The notes below the pieces were generated by a model. It saw only the letters and a list, made by a program, of their open reading frames with translations. It was not told where the DNA came from and made no database searches. A DNA stretch of 64,000 nt from Prorocentrum cordatum (Eukaryota), in NCBI GenBank assembly GCA_963575745.1, contig CAUYUJ010000244.1:1-64000 (forward strand), written 5' to 3'. A program made the translations under genes and the position numbers. Of this stretch, positions 53,927 through 64,000 are shown piece after piece. Positions within the stretch are counted from its first letter, which is position 1. The number at the start of each line of letters is the position of its first letter.

Positions 53927-55282
53927 CCCGTTTCGGGGGTCCAAAGAGTCAGGTGCGCCAGCACACGTGACAACACGCGCGGCAGGAATCTATGTATGGT
54001 CACCGCCTGGAGGATCAATTTTCGGGGACCTCGGCAGGCGGTGACTGTGGACATGTCTGGGCCCCCGGGCCCCCCCCCAAAAAAACAAAACAAATATATA
54101 TACATATATATATGTATGTATCTATATATATATATATATATGTATACATATGTCCACCGCCCGCTCGGGCACCAGGGCGCCGGTTCCCAGGCGGTGGATA
54201 CGGACAAATCCCCGCCTCGCACCCCCACCGTCCTGGCCAAAAACAGATGCGAAGTGGCAGCGAGGCGTTCCGTATGGTGCATGGTGCATGGTGGGTGTAC
54301 AGGGAGATCGTTGGAATTTGCGGTTGCCTTGGATGGTGGGCCCGCACGCACAAGACGATGATCGAAGTTGTACACCGTCATTTTTGTCTGACAGCGATGC
54401 AAGATAATCGTGGGGCGCCCGCGCATGGCTTAACATGTTGTCGCAGCGTGCGCGTTGTATGTGCGTTTGGCTGGGATGGTGGGCCTGCGCGCGAGAAGTT
54501 ATCGCGGGGTGCCCAGACGGGATCAGATGTTGCCGCAACACTTCGTATTGTTGTCGTTGACAGTGATGGCGGGGAGGGTGTCGGCATTGAACCTGGTTCG
54601 GACCCCTTCGAGTGGGGGACAGGCCGCTTGTTAATAAGGAGCAATGATGAGCCCCTTCCCGAAGGGGATGAAGAGGGTCAGAAGATGAAACTTACTAAAC
54701 TACCTCCGCCCAGAGGGCTTGTGGGATTAGGCCCCCCCCTCGGCTGGGTCGTGAAACGTAGTCTCTTGGGAATATGGTTGTCTTCCTTGAGGCCTCTGGG
54801 GCTCTTTCGGCTCCATCAAAGAACTCGAGTACCATCTCAGGGCCATCTTGAGGCCTCCCCTAAAGTCTTTCGGAAGATGTTAACTAATCAAAGTTGTTGT
54901 CAGGCTTTTCTGTGTCTGGCTCTTTGGGGGGCCATGTGGGAGGGCCATATTGGAGCAACGGGGCCCACCTCGGAGGCCATCTTGAGCTACCAGCTGCCAA
55001 AGCACCCTCTGATATCTCGCGCCCCCCCCCCTTCAGATCACATTAGACCACTTGGGGCTGACAGGGGCCACCCCTCCCCCACAAAACAGTTCCCCATAAT
55101 GTGTTGTTGTATTGTTTGTGTTTCTTGGTGTTCAATGGTTTCCAAGGGTTTCGTCATGTTTCGTCCATCAAGTTTGGTCTGAGTTGTAGGAGGGGGACAG
55201 GAGGAGGAAGAGAACGACGACGAGGCGGAGGACAAGGGGTTACTGGAGGGGCTGGACGGGGAGGAGGGGGAAAACCGTCAAT

Positions 55283-58750
<3,468 letters not shown>

Positions 58751-59716
58751 AATATGTATACATATGCACATCTGGTCACACGTCCCATAGCAAACAAACG
58801 CAGCTACACATTCAATGTAGTTCAGCTGAAGTTGCCTTTCTGAGATGACCCAACGTCTTGGGGGCCTCATTGGTCTTTGTTGCGGCGTCAGACAGGCATC
58901 TCTGACATCCCCATGGGGCTTTGTGGCTTCCACCTGTTGTCAAGGGGCTCCGCCATTGTCCCCAGTACGCCGCGAACTTGCGCGCCTGGCCCAAGAAGCC
59001 AATCGTTGCCGCGTATTCGTGGGACGTCGCAAAAGGGGGATCGTTGGGTGTGCACGTGTGCCCGAGTTTTCCAGCGAAGTCATATTCAGGAGACGCAGCC
59101 CTTTGTGTAGTTGCTGTGCGCTCGCGCAGCCCATGGGAATCAAGAGAGCCTGAGCGAGCGTGTCCAACTGCCGCACGCCCCACGGCACTTTGATACTTCG
59201 GGGTTTGACGGACGTTTTTCCAGGATCGGTTTCAGGGTGATCGCGGGAGCCTCAGGGTGCCTTTTTGACGCCTCTTGGGAGCCTTTGGGGGGCCTCTGAG
59301 AAATCTCTCGGGGGCGCCCTTCGGGCTTCCTGAGGGGGCGTCTTGGGACCTCCTGGGCGCTTTTGGGGGGCCTCTTGGAGCCTCCTGGGGATTTCTGGAG
59401 GCCGAGGGCTCGCAATGCCTCCCCGAGTCCCCCAGCTGCCCCCTCTCGGAGCCGTCCTGGGGGCGCTCGTGCCGTCTTTGGGACCTCTCGGGGAGACGGC
59501 TTGGTTCACCCGATCGCAATTCGCCCGCTCCGATTCACCCGACCCCCACGTGCGGGTGAATCGCGACTGGGTGAGATAAGCTGGGCGAGTTGAGCACCGG
59601 GTGAGTTAAGCCGGGTGCGCTAAGCACCGCACGAGTTAGGCCGGGTGAGTTAGGCATCCGTTGAGCTAGGACCCAGTGAGTTCAGCACCGGGTGAGTTAG
59701 TAACGGATGAGATGTA

Positions 59717-59769
<53 letters not shown>

Positions 59770-60651
59770 ATATATATATATATACATGTATGTGTGTGTG
59801 TTGCGTCTCAAGTTGCATTATCTGCGACGCTTAGCAATGACCCGATTCGAATGCAAACAGCATTGGCCCACAACCTCATCATGCCCGTAGTAGATCGACA
59901 ACGAGAGAGAGGTCGAAGGGTGAGGACCAGGAGGAGTACGAGGGAGAGGGGGGGGAAGAAGCAGGAGGAAATTCAGGAAGAAAGGAGGAGCATGATGAGG
60001 AGGAGAAGGGGGGAACGAGAAGCAGGACGGGGAGAAGCGCGAGCTCACGTCGACGAAGAGACGGGCGGGGGCACATCAGGCATGCAACATATCATGATAC
60101 GATGCGGAGGACGAGTGGGATCCGCAGGCGAAGACGAGGTTATGAATGAAGAAGATGAGGAAGAAGAAACAGCACATCACGCAAGTTCCAACACTCCCGT
60201 TGCGGAGCGCTCGCTTTGCAGTGGCCTGGCCTCACAACCTCCCTCGGGGCATCAGATCCTCCTCCTCCATCTCCTCCTCCCCCTCCTCCTCCTCCTCCTC
60301 CTCCTCCTCCTGATCCTCCTCCTCCCCCTCCTCCTCCTCCTCCTCCTCCTCCGCCTGCGCCCGAAGGGGCGGGTGGGCTTCGCACCGCCCGCCCAGCCGC
60401 GCACCGAGCACGGTGCACTCCTGGAGCAGCCGCGGCTTGACCCGGGCCGCCGTCGTCGTCGTCGTCGTCGTTGTGTCGCCACCGCCGCCGTCGTCGTCGT
60501 TGTCGTCGTCGTCGTCGTCGTCGTCGCCGCAGTCGTCGTCGTCGTTGTCGTCGTCGTCGTCGTCGCCGCCGCCGTCGCCGCCGTCGTCGTCGTCGTCGCT
60601 GCCGTCGTTGTCGTCGTCGTCGCCGCCGCCGTCGTCGTCGTCGTCGTTGTT

Positions 60652-60686
<35 letters not shown>

Positions 60687-61481
60687 CGCCGCCGCCGCCG
60701 TCGCCGTCGTCGTCGTTGTCGTTGGCGTCGTCGTCGTCTCCGTCTGTCCTGAAGAGTTGATGGTCTGCTTAGCCGTTCTTCGGTCCACGGGGGCCTCTGG
60801 AGGCCTCAAGTTTTGAGCAGAGGGTAAAAAGCGGACTCGATTGGAGCTGCAGAATCTAGAGGAGAAACACAGACCGATACCCATACATTTCTTCCGTTTT
60901 TCCTTCTTGGGCCTTCCTGGGAGCTTCGCTGCCGCGGCCAGTTTGGTCTCGGAGTGCAGGCCAGAATTCGTTCAGAGAGAGAGGCGTGCGGAGCAGCGGC
61001 GTCGCGAGATCTGCGGCTCCCCCGTCGGGGGGCCTTCGCGGGCGCGTGCGAGGGAGCGTTGGGCTGCTGCTCTCCCTGGCCCCGCTCGCCTCCTGCCGGA
61101 CCCGCGAGCCCCTCGGCGGCCCCGCCGGCCTCTCCCCGGGGGCTCAGCTCGGGGGCGGACAGAACCCCCAACAGTGACACGTCGATCAGTGAATTGTCCG
61201 TTCTCGGCTCTGGAGAGGGCGCCGCGGCCGTTACTTTCCAGGCCTGCGCCCGCCAGGTTTGGGCCTCAGGTCGTTTTCACTAAACCACGTTTTACTAAAG
61301 GGAGGTCTGCCCATCCCCGATTATCGTCTTCTTCCCCCTCCTCCTCCTCCTCCTCCCCCTCCTCCTCCTCCTCCTCCTCCTCCCCCTCCTCCTCCTTCTC
61401 CTCCCCCTCCTCCTCCTCCTCCCCCTCCTCCCCCTCCCCCTCCTCCTCCTCCCCCTCCTCCTCCTCCCCGATCGGCGGCAG

Positions 61482-61545
61482 GTACATCGGCTCCATCCCG
61501 TCCGGCTTCCCCCCGATGAGCATCCACCTCTGGGACCTCGGGAAG
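61482..61545 (+). CDS. SLC26/SulP exon 7 (YIGSIPSGFPPMSIHLWDLGK)
   Basis: ggcAG|G acceptor after (CCT)n; AAG|GC donor. Matches the SulP 'VG.IP.GLP' motif. Confidence 0.87.
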
Positions 61546-61625
61546 GCGGAGAGCCATCCGCGCGCGCGCGCGCAGGGGCCACGAAGGGGCGATCCGCGGG
61601 AGGTCCCCCCTGCCGCATCGAGGGC

Positions 61626-61822
61626 TAAGTCGGGCCCGTCCCCCCAGAGGGGGATCCTCGACGAAAAACAAAAGATACCCCAGAAATAGTCAAAACATAG
61701 TCCAAAAATAGTCTGGGGATTTTTTTTTGTTTTTTTTGTATTGTTTTACCTTCTTGGTGCATTTTGGGGGTATGTTTTATTTTTCGTCGAAAGCCCCCCT
61801 GTAGGGGGACACGCCCGACATA
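61626..61822. mobile_element. MITE family A
   Basis: Long TIRs taagtcgggcccgtcc...tcgacgaaaa / ttttcgtcga...acacgcccgacata. Confidence 0.75.
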
Positions 61823-61989
61823 AATCTAGGGGGGCCACACGCGAACCCTGCCCCTGCCCCCCACGATTTCTGAGGGGGAGGGCGGGGTAGGGTTCGCGTG
61901 TGGCCCCCTAGTAATCCTGCCCCTTCCTTCCGCAGCGGCCTTGGGCTCAGAAGTCCTGGCCGGATCGACCCAGGGATAGAAAGTCAGCC

Positions 61990-63800
61990 ACGCGAGGATC
62001 GGTGGACTGCGAGACACCTGCGTCGTTTGCGCATTGCTTGCAGTATCACGGGGCTGCGTGCAGGCACTCCTCCAGCAATAGAGTCTCGAACGAAGTCCCG
62101 ACGAGAACGCACAGTCAATCGTCCGACTTCTGAGCCGCGATGATGGCAATGGAGGCATCAGCGCGTTTACCCTTGAGAATCCACGCGTGTGAAGACATGA
62201 GTTGCTCGTTGCGTTTACCGCCATCGCTGCACACCAACAGTCTGAGCTCTGAATCAGCCGTAAACTGAGTGCAACAGTACAAAGCCGCCCTCTGTGTCCA
62301 TGGCCCAAAATTCGCTTTACAATCCGCTTCTTTGCTGAAGTCCCTCCACCTCCGTAAGACTGGATCGCCTGTTACTTCCCGTGCCCCCCAATTCAGAGCG
62401 AGGAGCGTTTCCGCGATGTTCATCGCAATGTCAACTATGAGGACGCACGCATGATCGTCATGTGTCGTTCTGCCGCAAGTATGCAAGAATATTTGGCTGT
62501 CCGTAACAATGTGTACTGTGCGAGCGCGCCATAGAGATAAGTTTCCATATATTGCGCCAGCCCTCCAGGCATATCCCAGTCATTATGTCAATGCTGCGTG
62601 TTCAAGTGTTTTGCCTGTTTTCTCAGTTTCTTCGCGTTCCCTGCGGTGGTCGGCGTGGAGCCTGGTGTTGAAATACAAGGCCTCGTGCTCAAACCCACGT
62701 GGTCGCCGAATGTCCCGGATTGCCAACACTAGCCGGCCGCTTTGCGGTTGATCGGGAGTTTCTGTACACACAGAGGGAAGGGCGTGTGCTTGTGGGCGTG
62801 TGCTTCTGGCATCCAGCCTTTCCCGCCCCCATGCTGGCAACCTCCACCTCCTCCACATCCTCTCAGGAAATCCCGTGAGGTCCCTTGAGGTCGTTCTTCC
62901 TCCGCCTCCTCCACCTCCTCCGACTCTCCTCCAACTCCTCCTCTTCTTCCTCCTCCTCCTCCTCCTCCTCCTCCCCCTCCTCCTCCAACTCCTTCAAGTC
63001 TCCTCCCTCCTCCTCCGCCTCCTTTCCCTCCCTTTCCTCCTCCTCCTTTTCCTCCTTTTCCTCCCCTTCCCCCTCCTCCTCCCCTCCTCCTCCTCCTCCT
63101 CCTCCTCCTCCTCCTCCATTCCTCCGTCCTCCTATGTTTTCCTCCCTGCTCATCCTCGTCACTGAAATAGGATGCTCTGCCGCCGTTTGGCTTCAGCGCA
63201 GGCGCGTACCTTTATGATGTGCGGAGAGCATAAGCACTGGAATGAACACCTTATTGCCGCCATATTGTCTTCCGTACAACTTCCAAACCCAGCAGTTCTA
63301 GTTGGTAGCGAAGCTGGGAGCGATCCCAGCTCGCGGTCCACAGAACCTGCGCATAGTGCGGTGTGGACGCACATTCGCATTGACTTCCACCTCCGCATTG
63401 TACCACCCTCCATTCCTTGAGCAGCCTGTGCTCATGGTTGTTCTGCAAACCGACTGGCAATTTGCCCCGGACGCCCACTGGTCTGGTTGCGGGGGCATCA
63501 GCAAAAGGCACAATCGCGATGAGGAGTGATTCGCCCACCAGAAACACCATGACGTTCCGCGACCCGTCGCAACCCCACAGGCACTGGCCGCAGTTTCGCG
63601 TCCCGCATGGTTGCGCGGCTCTTCCTTGGGCTAGTGCCGTGCTTCAGTATGTGTGCGATAGTGCTGGTTTTCCTTGTGAGCACATCGCACCACCCGGATG
63701 GAGCACTGAAGGCTAACGCACCAATTTTACCGACCTCGGCTTCCACCAGGGTTGACGGCATCACCATGGCATATCACGGCTGCCCCGTAGTTTGATATGG
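61990..63800 (-). mobile_element. Degenerate LINE remnant (RNase H-like 3' part, possibly RT fragments), interrupted by (CCT)n
   Basis: Minus-strand 'LLVCSDGGKR...SHAWIL' and 'HIVTDSQ' resemble RNase H motifs. Multiple stops and frameshifts. Confidence 0.4.
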
Positions 63801-64000
63801 CGTTCGTCCCTGCGCAGGCCCGAGCTCCAAGGCGCCTCCGCAGCCATCATCGTGGTGAGGTCTTATCGAGGAGGATATCCATCTTGACGCTTTGGGGCTG
63901 CATCCTCGTGTTCTCCGTGGCCGTCCTGTTCTGGCCCGCCTGCATGGTGCCTGGTGGAGCAGGCCCACAGGGCGGCGGCGGCCGCGGCGGGGTCACTTCC

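Overview
Repeat-saturated, GC-rich eukaryotic DNA, almost certainly dinoflagellate. Evidence: a 17-nt relic of the dinoflagellate spliced leader at 38532-38548, and introns with GC/GT donors and AG|G acceptors. Nearly all ORFs in the supplied track are microsatellite or repeat artefacts. One host gene can be rebuilt by hand: seven small exons (29-95 nt, 439 nt in total) between 14249 and 61545 on +. They join in phase into 146 codons of an SLC26/SulP sulfate/bicarbonate transporter; its 5' and 3' exons were not found here. The introns and upstream region hold long microsatellites, a decayed Ty1/copia element (~31.8-36.2 kb), LINE remnants, an SL-headed retroposed ORF flanked by (CAT)n, a TIR-bounded satellite cassette flanked by (TA)n, and about ten families of short TIR/palindromic (MITE-like) elements. 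Two signals stand out. First, the copia element shows apparent directional T>C/A>G erosion, a possible 'reverse-RIP' process. Second, hairpin elements and pure microsatellites are flanked by direct repeats of very variable length (4-55 bp). A 100-N scaffold gap lies at 15171-15270.
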